64,000 bases of DNA from Xylographa opegraphella (taxonomy: Eukaryota), in the NCBI GenBank assembly GCA_022813865.1, contig JALDZX010000077.1:1-64000 (forward strand), given 5' to 3'. This document shows positions 46,476-58,592 of this stretch, piece by piece. The notes beneath the pieces are model-generated. The model was given only the letters and a program-made list of their open reading frames with translations. It was not told the origin of the DNA and searched no databases. A program made the position numbers and the translations under genes. Position 1 is the stretch's first letter, and every line of letters starts with the position of its first letter.

Positions 46476-49400
46476 CTACGTTGGCATCATTCCAATTCCC
46501 CCTCGGCCAAAGCCGCTTGTATTGTGACCACCTTTGCCAGGTGCAGCGCCTCCACCGAAGCCGCCACCATTGCTCCGAGCGCCGAATGCTTTCTTCTTTA
46601 CGCCATCATTGGAAGCCTTACCTTTGCTTGAACCACCAGAAGATCTGCGAATGCTCTTGTACCCTCCCTTATAGGGCCCTCTGGATCCACCACGAGCTCC
46701 CTTACTACCTCGACTCTGTTGACGAGCCTGCGTTGCTGGGCGAATGGTCTGAACTTGAGCCACTAGTAACTCACTTATTATGGTTTCCACAACAATAATG
46801 GGCTATGACCTACATTCCGCATTGAAAGCCTCTACTTCTGCTTGGGGCTCGAAGTAAGCACTTCGTTCTTCTTGCGAAGCAAATTCCCCCCCGAGATCGT
46901 CAAAGTCCCGATTCTCATTATTATCTTCGTCGTCGCTGATGATGACAACGTGCTGGTGATTTGGATCGTAGGGCCGATCTTCCTGATCACACATCGACTG
47001 ATAACCTTGCTCCGTCGTCCGAATTAGCTTCATCAAATACCTGCCATATCGATGAACCATATCGGGATTAATGCCGCGGATTTCAAGCATAGCAGTCTCG
47101 TCTGCTAAAGTCAGGCACGTACTTCATCGTTAGAACCGCAGTCATTTACCTTGTGGAAAGTTGATTGCCATTTCTCTTAAAACGGAGTCTGTGAAGGGAT
47201 GGTGTTTCAATCTTTTCGAAACGATGATCTGTGTGCATTAGAATACGTCGTACGCAAATGGCCCAAAGCTTGCCTTTTCCATTTCGCTCTTAGCGTGGTG
47301 AACGAATTCTTCAATGACAAAGCGGTGATTCTCACTCAACCTATCAAGATTCTCATCGGTAGTAATCGGTGGCCCAAGCTGTCGCTTCCTGGATGATCTC
47401 GCTGGCTTGCCAGCTTCCCTCATAGGCTCAAAAGCATCGTCTTCATCGCTGCTCTCCTCAAAGCTTTGTCCTTCTCCATCGCTTACCACAAAATCATTCC
47501 GTTCATATCCATTATCATGAAGATCCTGTTTGTCGCCCATACGATACTCCTGTATTTTTCCGCGCTGAGGCAGTGCTCGCATAGGGGATGAGACATTGGT
47601 AGATAGAGGTAAGTGTTTCCGAGAAGCAGCTACGCCGGTCGTCCTAGGCTTGCCAATTATCCTTGGAGCGCTCGATTTTCCGCTTGGAGACGTGCGAACT
47701 TGGATCTTGAGCTTTCGACGCCCAAGTAGGAAGTCGTTACAGTTTCGACCAAGCTATAAACCATTGGCTTTTCGTTGCAGAAAGGGATTTCGTTAAATAC
47801 TTGCCTGGATATATTGAGTCGCGAACCCGGCTCGGTTGACAACATTTTCCTCAACCAAAGCTTTATCGCTCAATAATCGATAGAAAAGTCGCTCTACCTC
47901 CCTTCTGTCTAGCTCGGAACCTGCACCATACTCTGCCAAATCATAATGATTAAGGTTTGACATCTTCTTGCTTTTGCCACCGCGGTATACGTCAACGCAG
48001 TGTAGGAGAGTGACTTTATCCTCTTCTACTTTCTCGACCAACCGAATTGCAGCGATAGCATGTTCTGTAAGATCATGAGTCTCAAGAACACTGTTCGAAG
48101 TACAGTTATCACAGGTTGCTTTGCAGTCTTCGCGCATAAATTGTTCGTTGAAGTAGTTGAGAACTTGTACCCTTCGACAATCACTCGTGTTTTCGCAGAA
48201 TTGAATCACGTTCCGTAACATTTGTCTCTGTCGTTCTTGTTGCTCCCAACTTCCTTCTGAATCATCTATCATTTTTTTGAGTCGTTTCATGTCCTGGTAG
48301 CCATAATAAAGGTAGCAGCCTGATCGCTTCTCGTCACGACCAGCCCGTCCGGTCTCTTGATAATACCCTTCAAGGCTCTTGGGAATAGTGTGATGTATAA
48401 CGAAGCGAACATCTGGTTTGTCGATACCCATGCCAAAAGCGATCGTGGCTACAATGACGTGGTACTCACCAGTCTGCCACTTTCTCTGAATATCCGCCCT
48501 TTCAACCGATTGTAATCCGGCGTGGTAGTGATGCGCCTTGATTTTGTACTCTTTCACGAGTTTCTCCGCGAGACTTTCACAGTTTTTACGTGATAAGCAA
48601 TATATAATGCCTGACTGATTCTTGTAAGAGTCTTTGATTGTCATCGCTATAGAATCGATTACTTCTTTCCCGTTTCCTTTGTGGCGAACTTCGTAAGTTA
48701 AGTTTGGCCGATTGAAGCTCTGTGTGAAAGTTTCACAGCCCTTCATGCCGAGGTTATGAATCACGTCAACCTTAACATTTTCGGTAGCAGTAGCTGTCAA
48801 GGCCATAACAGGCACGCCTTGAAATTGCTTTCTTATTTCCCCAAGAAGTTTATAATCCGGACGAAAGTCATGGCCCCACTGACTGACACAATGAGCCTCG
48901 TCAATGACTATACGTGCGAGTTTTTTCCGACGATACAAGTCAGTGAAGGCGCCAATCATGGCCTGGCTCTTGCTTAACATTTCTGGAGTGACATATAAGA
49001 GCTGTATAAGCTTTTCCGCATTCGAATCCCGTAGTCCCTTCATGACAAGGCGACGGTGTTCGTCCGTGACCTCACCATTTATCATCCAGGCTTGAATCTT
49101 GAGCTTCTGTAAATGCTCGACTTGATCTTGCATCAGGCTGAGAAGTGGCGAGATTACGATTGTTACGCCACGTGTTTTACCAGAGCTAATGATCGAGGGC
49201 AGCTGGTAGCACAAGGATTTGCCACCACCGGTAGGCATAAGCACGAATGCATCTTTACCACTCAAAGTAGCATTAATAGCCTCCAGCTGGTTGAGTCTGA
49301 AGCCTCTGAGATGGAAGCGTTCCTTCATTGCACACTTCACGTCACTAGACCACTCGTTTTGCATCTGGGTAGTGTGAACTGCAGTACGGTTCGATCGAGG

Positions 49401-51907
49401 ATCCTTCGTGGAGTCCAACCGAGTCCGGTTCCCCGTCGTTTCAGCGAACACAACTCGATCCACAGAGCGCTTGTTATATTGAGACTGTTTCCGGTTTTCT
49501 AGCTGTTCTGCAGCTTCGAGCATATCCTCGTCGTTCTCATCATAACCATACTCTTCTTCTTCTTGGAATGGGCCAGGAGAGCTGATCCTTGGCGAGACGC
49601 AAACAATTTCTTCCTCTTTGTCAATGTCGTAACCCGCAATGTCGTTGTGAACGGCAACGGTTACTGATACAGGCATACTGGGTGGTTTAACTCTTTTCTC
49701 AGAAGGTAAACAATAAGCTGTACGATCGATAGCAGTTTTCTGCAGTGCATAATCTTGGAGCGGACTTCTTGAAGCATTGTAAGAACCAGCCGCGTACGGT
49801 AACGAAGTTGCCGCAAGTTCATGAGGTCCTTGCATGTCTGAATCCATGTTTCGTGTCTTCGAGTAGGTTGTACGTCTAGGCGTCTCCGGAGCATGACCAA
49901 TGGCCTGCGTGGACCCAATGTACTGAGGGTAGCTTACCGTGCTTAAATTCGGCAGCTTCGATACTAAACAATTATCCGACTGCACGACATGCTGCCTCTG
50001 GGTAGATTGTATGAGAACTGTCGCAGAACTTGCTGGCTTAATAGATGTAGTAGTACTTAGCACAGGAAAGTCTGGTGTGGAGAAGAACTCGTTTGAACCT
50101 GAAAGTGAACCTTGAATCAGTAACGCAGAAATATCTGTCTCGACCTTTTGTAATTGCTGGGCCAGCTCTCTGCTTGCAGCTATATCCTGGGTGGGATCGA
50201 TCAGGTCATGAGCCTGAAATGCTGCTATCATTTTGTCTTTGATATCCTGCTTACGAAGAGCAAGATTTGAACAATCAGCACGAAGCTGAAGGAGACGGTC
50301 CATGCAGCTGGTCCTCAAGACCACAAGAGCTTGTTTCTCGCGTAGTTCAGAAAGTATTTCGTCGGCCACTCCTTCTACAGCATATTCGTAAAGAGTCTCA
50401 GCATTAGCTCGGCGAGTACGGTGAAGACTGTCAACAAAACCCTGTAGTTGGTCCATCGTGGTACCAAGAAAGGCTTGCACTGCAGCCCGCTGACCATGAT
50501 CTGATGTTGACGTGGATTGCTGAGACAATCCACGACTCTGTCCAGAGCTACCCGCTAGATTTTTAGTAGGAGAATCCATTTGATAGGGAGAAGCATTTGA
50601 TCTTGCAGAGACTTGCACAGTTTCGAGCACCTTCGAATTGCTCACAGAACTGTGGAACGGACTCTTATCAGTGAACTCATTTGCCACGATCTTTCCCGTC
50701 GTAATAATTCTACCACCATTATTTGGCAGTTTAGGCTGAATCTTGTTACACGTCCAACTAGTTACGGCTCTTTCCGCGGCGAGGTCATCGGAATCACCCA
50801 AAATTTCGTCTTCGCCTTCGTCTTCGGAATCAGCAATGGCTTTTTGAATCGGACGGTGTTTTTTGATTGGAGTCTTGAGCGTAGGCTCAGTATCGTGCTT
50901 CCGTCCGGCATCCAAGGTATAATGTCTGGAATTTGAGGGCAAGATTGTCCTAGCTTTTACCGCAGTAAGCCAATTTGAGTCTCCACAGCTATCATCCTTC
51001 TCCATAAAACCATCTTTGATGTCAATTTGCAGACCTTTGTCCCTTGATTTCGATTCCTTCTGGGTCAATTTTGCCGACTGCGTCGAACGTGTTAACGGCG
51101 CCTCATCTGGGTACAGATCAATAGCTACAAAGCTATTCTGAGAAGCACGATGAACAATATCAACTGATTGACTCGTGGACACTTTGGTCCGGTTCCATTC
51201 CATCTCCTCACTTTTCCGTTTCTTGCCTCTATTTGTTGGAGGAGCAGCACGTGAGGCCGAGTCTTCTCTCCATATTGCCCGGGGTTCACCAAAAGGTTCC
51301 ATTGTCCTTGGTGAAGAAGTCTGTATTTCACCGACTCGAGTGCGGTCCTCAGCGAGTTCTAGGATTTCGGGGTCTTGATACTGAGTCTTTTTCCTCTTGG
51401 AAGGGGTTTTGGATATTGCGGGGTTAGGTACTGTCCGAGCATTAGACGACTCCCGAGATCATTTAGCACAATACACATACAAAAGTCATTACCGTTAAAG
51501 GCGGCATGGTACTGATCTCGTAAGGACGATCCTTTAGCACGAGGTACTTGTGATCCAGGCGTTACCAACTCGGATGGAGGAGCATGGCTTAGTAACCGTG
51601 ACTTTGTGCTTGACTTCGGACCTGATTGAAGTCGTGCCATTTCACCGAACACAGATGCTTCCTGCTCTTTCGAGGGAATCGCGGGACGCAAGAACCGATA
51701 ATCTTCTCCTGATTGTGAAGCATCGCTCCTGGAGGCTAGCTGGAATTCTGTTGTTGTATCGCCTGGCTTGCTGTACTGTATCGCCGGCGTCCTCACAGCG
51801 GAGCTTTGGCTAAGAACTGGTATATCAAATTGACCACTTTGTAGTGGTAGCGAAGCTTTCGTGATCAAAATCCAGTTTAAGTGTTCCCCCAAGTTATGTC
51901 GCGTCAT
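46476..51907 (-). CDS. SGS1: RecQ-family DNA helicase (Sgs1/BLM/MusN/QDE-3 type); 6 exons
   Basis: ATG at 51907 (MTRHNLGEHLNW). Introns 51431-51492, 47754-47804 (GC-AG), 47229-47273 (GC-AG), 47102-47149 and 46763-46813. Motifs MPTGGGKSLCYQLP, DEAHCVSQWGHDFRPDY, ATIAFGMGIDKPDVR, QETGRAGRD, RQC Zn cysteines (CRR...C..CDNC), HRDC (PFTDSVLREMA) and a Gly/Lys-rich tail ending GIGMMPT. Confidence 0.95.
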
Positions 51908-51997
51908 GAGCCGCGAATCATAGCTGCTTTTTAGGCAGCCTACGTTTATTGACGTTGAGCTTCAGGTGCGGGAAGCGTGTCGCAACGACGCGATATT

Positions 51998-52132
51998 GCC
52001 TCAGTCCCTCAGACGGGGCACACTAAGCCCCTACAGGTTAGTGCATTTCTTACTAACATATCGCTTGTTAGTACCTTAAGTAAAGCACTAATCAGTAAGG
52101 GGATTAGCGCACCCGGTCTGAGGGACTGAGGC
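51998..52132. repeat. 135-bp imperfect palindrome (foldback; MITE-like) in the RecQ/kelch divergent promoter
   Basis: Perfect 17-bp terminal inverted repeats, GCCTCAGTCCCTCAGAC (51998-52014) and GTCTGAGGGACTGAGGC (52116-52132). Pairing continues with mismatches and one ~5-nt indel to TACTAACA/TGTTAGTA around a 7-nt loop. Confidence 0.9.
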
Positions 52133-52241
52133 CATCAGAACGGCCCGAATAATCATCCGATAAGCCCTGCTGTTTTCAATTCATGCAAATTGCTCCTACT
52201 CGTGAAATCGCTTGTGAGCCTTTCCCTGTGTCGATTGTATA

Positions 52242-54260
52242 ATGGTCAAAAAGGACAAAAAATCCAAAACCGCAGAGCAGAAGGCCCGAGTGGCGGCCAA
52301 GCAAAACAAGAAAGCGGCGCAGAAGGAGAAGAAGGGCAAATCTAAAGGCAACGATGAAAGTGATGCGGATGATATTGACCTAGAATCAGTATTGGAGGAG
52401 TATGCCAGACAGCAAGCTTTGTTTTTGAAAGTAACGGAGGTAGTCTGCGAGCCTCCCTCACCCCGTGCTTCTTCTACCATCATTGGTTCACCTGCAAACA
52501 CAAACGAGTTATTTCTCTTTGGAGGTGAATTCTACAACGGAGCTCTTGCAACCTTTTTCAATGATTTGTTCATATATCTGGTTGACCGCGGAGAATGGCG
52601 AAAAGTGACCAGTCCAAACAGTCCTCTTCCACGAAGTGGACACGCTTGGTGCCGTGGAGGGAATTCAGGCGGTGTATATCTGTTCGGTGGCGAATTTTCT
52701 TCTCCCAAGCAAGGGACCTTCTACCATTACAACGATTTCTGGAGACTTGATCCCTCTACGAGAGAGTGGACTAGATTAGAGACCAAGGGTAAAGGTCCAC
52801 CAGCGAGAAGTGGTCATCGTATGACTTATTTTAAGAACTATATCTTGCTATTCGGCGGATTTCAAGACACATCGCAACAAACTAAGTATCTTCAAGATAT
52901 CTGGATATACGACTGCCAAAACTACGTCTGGCATAACCCAGCATTACCTCCGGCGACACAGAAGCCAGATGCAAGGTCGTCGTTCTCGTTTCTTCCACAT
53001 GATTTAGGTGCGGTATTATACGGTGGTTATTCACGAGTCAAGGCAACTACAGCAGCTGGAAGGCAAACCAAAGGTGGTAATCAAGGTAACCGATCCATAC
53101 TGAAGCCAATAATTCACCAAGACTCTTGGTTTCTACGAATTATACCACCCCTTCCAGTGAGCGCTGCCGGAACAACACCCAGTGTGCGGTGGGAGAGACG
53201 CAAGAAGCCTGCTAATGCTCCAAACCCACCAAGAGCTGGTGCTACCATGGCTTATCACAAGGGACGTGGTATTTTATTCGGAGGCGTACATGATGTGGAG
53301 GATAGTGAGGAGGGCATTGACAGCGAATTTTTTAATGAGCTGTTCGCATGGAACATAGAGCGTAATAGGTACTTCCAGCTTACTTTGAGAAGGCCACGAA
53401 TCTTAAACAAGAAGCAGCCCATAGCGGACAGAGGCAATAACAAACGTGGTAGAGGCAAGGCTGACGAGGAAGAATTGTTGCGGAATCTTGCGGCACTGGA
53501 AAGCCCTAATCTGACCGTGGACACTGATGCTATGGAGATTGATACAGTGGTTGAGAAAAAGGCGGAGCCAGTGAAGCCAGAACAAAAGATTCTTATTACT
53601 ATGCCTCATGCAAGGTTCAATGCCCAGCTAGCTGTACAGGATGATGTTCTATACATTTTCGGAGGGACATATGAGCATGGTGACCGAGAATTCACATTTG
53701 ACGCGATGTATGCGGTGGACTTAGGGAAACTAGACGGTGTAAGGGAGATTTACCAAAGGGAACTGGATAATTGGCTTGGGAGTGAGGGCAGCGAAAGCGA
53801 TTCTCAAGATGGAGAGGATGATTCTGATGACGAGGACATGAATGGAGACGACTTGAAGGGCGTCCTTTTGCCCCGTGACGAAGTCGAAAGCGTGCCAATC
53901 GTAATATCTGACAAATCTATTGACAACACAATTGATGCCGAAGACGAGCAAACAGAATCTACAAACACTGACACGCGACCTCATCCACGACCCTTCGAAA
54001 GTCTTCGTGCTTTCTTTACAAGAACATCTAACGAATGGCAAGAAATGATCTTGAAAGCCTCGCGACGAGGAGACTTTGGTCTGGACACCTCAGTAAAAGA
54101 AGTAAGGAAGAAGGCCTTTGATATGTCGGAGACAAAGTGGTGGGACTGTAGGGAGGAAATTACAGCCTTAGAAGACCAACAAGAGGAGGCTGGAATTGGA
54201 GAAGTTGTCAGTATCAAAGACCGTGGTTCGGAAGCAGCAGGAGCTGCAAGAAGAAGATGA
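52242..54260 (+). CDS. KEL3: Kelch-repeat protein with C-terminal DUF4110-like region (KEL3/KLHDC4-like); intronless
   Basis: 672-aa ORF with Lys-rich N-terminus, kelch GG motifs (LFGGEF, PRSGH, PARSGHRM, LFGGFQD, FGGVHD, IFGGTYE) and C-terminal PHPRPFESLRAFFTRT..WQ...WWDCREEI. Confidence 0.88.
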   Translation: MVKKDKKSKTAEQKARVAAKQNKKAAQKEKKGKSKGNDESDADDIDLESVLEEYARQQALFLKVTEVVCEPPSPRASSTIIGSPANTNELFLFGGEFYNGALATFFNDLFIYLVDRGEWRKVTSPNSPLPRSGHAWCRGGNSGGVYLFGGEFSSPKQGTFYHYNDFWRLDPSTREWTRLETKGKGPPARSGHRMTYFKNYILLFGGFQDTSQQTKYLQDIWIYDCQNYVWHNPALPPATQKPDARSSFSFLPHDLGAVLYGGYSRVKATTAAGRQTKGGNQGNRSILKPIIHQDSWFLRIIPPLPVSAAGTTPSVRWERRKKPANAPNPPRAGATMAYHKGRGILFGGVHDVEDSEEGIDSEFFNELFAWNIERNRYFQLTLRRPRILNKKQPIADRGNNKRGRGKADEEELLRNLAALESPNLTVDTDAMEIDTVVEKKAEPVKPEQKILITMPHARFNAQLAVQDDVLYIFGGTYEHGDREFTFDAMYAVDLGKLDGVREIYQRELDNWLGSEGSESDSQDGEDDSDDEDMNGDDLKGVLLPRDEVESVPIVISDKSIDNTIDAEDEQTESTNTDTRPHPRPFESLRAFFTRTSNEWQEMILKASRRGDFGLDTSVKEVRKKAFDMSETKWWDCREEITALEDQQEEAGIGEVVSIKDRGSEAAGAARRR

Positions 54261-54299
54261 GAATATTGTGGTTGCTTTGACTGAACTCTGAGCGCCGTG

Positions 54300-55921
54300 C
54301 TAAGATTTTGAAGTCTTCAGCAGCTCATTCTGCCGCGTTGTGGGGACGCCTTCAAGTACTGCTTTGACTAAGGCGAAGTCGTGAGGTGGGTCAATCTGCC
54401 AATTCGAGTCTGCAATGTGACTTGCTGGTCGTCCACTTCACATAGTTCCAGAAACGTATATCATGGAACTTGCATTTATCCTCGAAACGAGCTCCCGATT
54501 CAGATCCGCATCCTTAGCCCTGAACAGAACAACAATAAAGATATCTTCGATCATAGTCGAAGACCCTTGGAGAGATTCTGGAAGTACTTCGAACTCATTA
54601 TGGTGGTCGATAAAACTGGCCACGACGCACGCAAATCGGACTTGCCGTTCCAACATCCACATAACCCGCCCGTCCGTATGCCATCAGCATAGCATAAACT
54701 CGTAATCCGCGAAATCGCCGAGAATTTTCGATGCCAATGTTCAATAGAGACGGTATGCTATCATCTCCAGCAGCTCCAGTACTTAGATAAGCTGCATGGG
54801 GTTCTGGAAAATCTGATGGGTCACGTCCGAAGGTGCGCAAAAGAAGAATCCTCAATCATAAGGTACATTTAAGAATTTGTGTGTGTCTCCTGTGATCGAG
54901 TCTGCAAAGTCGAGATCTTGTGCGCCGCTTGCCACTTGCTTTTACTCTTGTCGTATCAGGGCTCTCGCAGAAACACCGAAAGCTGGATCGAGAATGAGCA
55001 AACATGGGTAAAGAACGGAAAGTAGAGGGATCTTGCCTACCGCCATCAACGTGAAGCCAGGCAACGTACTGGTTACCTAAAGACCTAAGCTCTGAGCTTT
55101 TGCATTGGGAACCACGTCTGGGTTCCAAAGCCGCCTGTATTTACCTCTCCGCACGGGACCACAACTATTGAGGCATACTTATCGCGGCTCAGCAGCTTTT
55201 CGAGCTTGTCCATGTCAAACATGAGCGGGTTTTCTAAGAGGCCAACATCAATGACCGAGGCTCGGCCCATCGCAATTATGCTAGCCGCCTCTCGCAGCGA
55301 AGAATGCGACATTGTTGTCAAGACTTGAAGCAGGTCTGTGCCTGTCCTTCTGCAAGCTTCAAGGAGCCCTGTTTCTCCAATGGATTGCTCGCAATTCTCC
55401 ACTCCCATCATGACTGCCTCGGATTTTTTCTGCAAGGTCCATTCCCTTCCACAAGTCAGTCCTAGTATGTTACTTTAGGTGGCGCCTGTTGTAAAGGTTC
55501 TTCCTTTGAATGTTTCATGCTTGAAATGTAATAAGTCAAGAAGCATCAGCAATGCTCTCTCTTCTACCACTGTAGCTATGGTCTCGTTCGGGAGATGAAC
55601 CGCAACATTTTGATCATGCATCGTTACCATATTGTCTGCCAGTCGTGCCGCAAGAGAGGCACCAACAGTAAGAGATCCATAATAATTAGGAGACAGCGCG
55701 CTACCACTAATACCAGGAACAACGACTTTAATCAGATAAGATACAATCTTTCCTAGCCCATGACCATTGGATGGAAGTCCCGCAAGTAGCGAGCGGGGAG
55801 CTATGGCAATTGACTCATGTAGGGGGAGGGGGTGGTAAGGATGAGCCAAAGACAGAGCAGAAGCTGAGTTTGACTGAATCGGCAATTGGGCCTGCGTCAA
55901 TTCCTCAGTGATAGAATCCAT
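54300..55921 (-). pseudogene. Pseudogene of a group II PLP-dependent amino-acid decarboxylase
   Basis: Motifs DQNVAVHLP.ETIAT, FTTGAT*SNILGL, GEVNTG, WLHVDG/AFG, DSITGDTHKFLNVPYD (PLP lysine) and GIENSRRFRGL. In-frame stops at 55475-77, 54942-44, 54852-54 and 54438-40; frameshifts near 55100, 54800 and 54670. Confidence 0.9.
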
Positions 55922-56486
55922 ACTCAATTTCCTACGATACTAAGTGGTCTTTCCCGAGATGTCGGGGATATTTGAAGTAACTCGGATTGGTGTACGAAAT
56001 TATTTATTTGTTAATACTGCGACAAGCGACGCAGAAGGATCTCAAATTAAAAAGTTGTATGACACGGAGCTCTTCGAGACATCTCGCTTTGGTCGTCCCA
56101 ATCATGCTCCAGCGCAAGCAAGATATGCCATAGAGACAACTCCTTCCATTCATAGGACGTCGCTTCGTGATCCATGCTATCGCCCTGGCCAGTATGTTGT
56201 GAGGCGGCAATGATACAGGATGGCGCCAGCATAGGAATCATATTTAGCATTGAAGCCGTACCATTGAACTCGTTATGAGGTAGTATAGTGCTGATCAATT
56301 AGAATCATCTGAAGCGTGCATATGTAATGTTACATTCGTCTGATATGCTAGTGCTGGACTGGATACTAGTAACGGTATCTTGCGCATTTCAACAGCGATA
56401 TAAGTATAAGAGACCAGCTTACCACACATTACAAAGCCAAAGCTTGATACTAGCTTCACTCGTCAACAACATTGATATCAGGGAAT

Positions 56487-58592
56487 ATGGAAATGGCCAA
56501 GATTTTAGAGCAACGAAGCTATATCGTGCCGGGTATGTCAGAGCCTTCTGTGTCCAACTCGCTGCTGTGCCGGGACCGAAGATTGACCATACACAATAGG
56601 CAAGCTTAGAATCACGGAACATTTCTTCGAAGTGCCAGTAGATCATTCCAAGCCCGACGGTCCCCAACTCCGTCTGTTCGGGCGGAGTTGCCAGAAGAAT
56701 GAAAAGCCCGTAGAGCCGGCAAAGGACGAGCCAAAACAGGCCCCATGGTGTATTTGTACCCCTTCTTCTGTCCTATCTGTCACTTGCTGAACTTAAGTAT
56801 AGTCGTGTATCTCCAAGGTGATTCAAATCGATCTGCTTGTATGGATGTTGTACTGAGGCTCGCGAGGCGGTCCCGGTATGCCGTGCCGTTCTCCAGAGAA
56901 CTATCCTTGGACCAATGCTATTCTCGATAAGGGCTACCAGGTATGACCACGTCGTTGATATGAATCATGAGTTAATACGACGTTAGGTGTTCTTTCCGGA
57001 CCAGCGCGGTGAGACGCATCGTCGGGAGTATTTATTATAGGGCTGATGTGGCCCTCTATCAGGCACTGGCTTGAGCAGTACCATCACTGCGGCCACGCTT
57101 GCTAAGCAAGGTAGCCCAGCTGATCAGGCAGCTTACATCAAGCATTTTCGTGCCGATAACATTGGTAGACCTTCATTCCAGGCCTACGTGGTTTGACAAT
57201 GCGAATGGAACTGATGCACCATTACAGTCAAGGACATGGAGGCGATCCGTAAGGTGTTTACAAAAGACTACCCGGAGAGCAAGAAGAAGTGGAGTGTTCT
57301 GGGTCAAAGTTTTGGAGGATTCTGCATTGTAAACTACTTGTCTCGCTTGTAAGTCTGCCGATCTCGCTGAAAGTTGAGTCAATTCCCTAATACTAAGATA
57401 TAGTCCTGGAGGCCTCCAAGAAGGTATATTCTCCTTTGCAAGGCAGGTATTAGTTTCTAATTTGGTATACAGTGTTTCTGTCTGGTGGCCTACCGCCGCT
57501 GGTTAAGCAACCAGACGTTGTATACGAAAGGCTCTACAGTACGCACAACGTTTTAAAAATTCCAATATAAGTGCTAATTACATGCAGGAAAGATAGCTGA
57601 TAGAAGCTACGCCTATTATCAGAAATTTCCTGAAGACGTGCAGCGGATGAAAGACATTGCTGGGTACTTGAGCAAGGAAGAGGTGAGGACCAATACAGGT
57701 GGCATTGTCTCAGTTAGTCGTCTTCGTCAATTTGGATTTGTGCTTGGCTTTCATGGTATGTGATTGCTTTTGCCAGGAGATCCTAGCTAACACTTGCATA
57801 GGAAGTTTTGATCTCATCCATGGTTGACGTCTGCACTTCAACTGTCTCAAGGCTCGTCGCTGATACAGTAATAGGAACCATTCTGAGGATGGCCAACGAT
57901 CTCACAATGTTCGGTTTCCTTACCCGACCGACCATTCAAAACTTTGACAACTTAGGCCCATTCGAGACGCATATCCTCTATGCTCTTGTTCACGAGCCTT
58001 GCTACCTTTCAGGGTAAGTACTTAATATAAGCTCTGCCCGTAGGAATCTCTGACATCATCGCAGAGCTGCCTCGAACTGGTCCGCTGAGCGTATGATCCA
58101 TAATTTCCCAGAATTCGGCTCGTGCACCGCCGACAGCACTGACCCCATCCTCTTCACCTCCGAAATGGTAAGAATCTACCACAATTGTCATTGCAGGACT
58201 GCACCGCCGCGTTGTCGAACTTTTTAATCATTCCCAGGGCCACCCTTTCCCTACCTTTCGAGCTGACATCCCCTTTCCAGATCTTCAAATCCATGTTTAA
58301 CGACTACGCTGAGCTGCGCCCACTGTACGAGACCATGGATACCATCCAGCATATATCTGACTGGCCGGACCTGTACGACGAGGCTCAGCTGGCGAAGAAT
58401 GAAGTCCCGGCCTACGCGGCCGTGTATCTGAACGATTTGTACGTCGATTATGAGTATTCGAGCGAGACTGCGAGAAAGATCAAGGGGTGCAAAACGTTCG
58501 TGAGGAGCGACATGTACCATGAGGCCTTAGTGAGTAAGACTGCGGACGTGATAGAACAATTATTCAAGTTGAGAGATGATGTGTTGGATTAA
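56487..58592 (+). CDS. Proline iminopeptidase (peptidase S33, alpha/beta hydrolase); 14 exons
   Basis: Introns 56533-56599, 56750-56802, 56818-56866, 56941-56986, 57009-57062, 57165-57227, 57349-57403, 57424-57472, 57539-57587, 57756-57801, 57823-57874, 58014-58064 and 58168-58280 give one continuous frame. Motifs FFEVPVDH, YLQGGPG, DQRGTGLS, FRADNIVKD.E, GQSFGG (Ser), DLYVD (Asp) and MYHEAL (His). Confidence 0.9.

Noticed and set aside
56419..56760. Hydrophobic minus-strand ORF as a membrane protein
   Set aside because: Antisense to exons 1-2 of the proline iminopeptidase.
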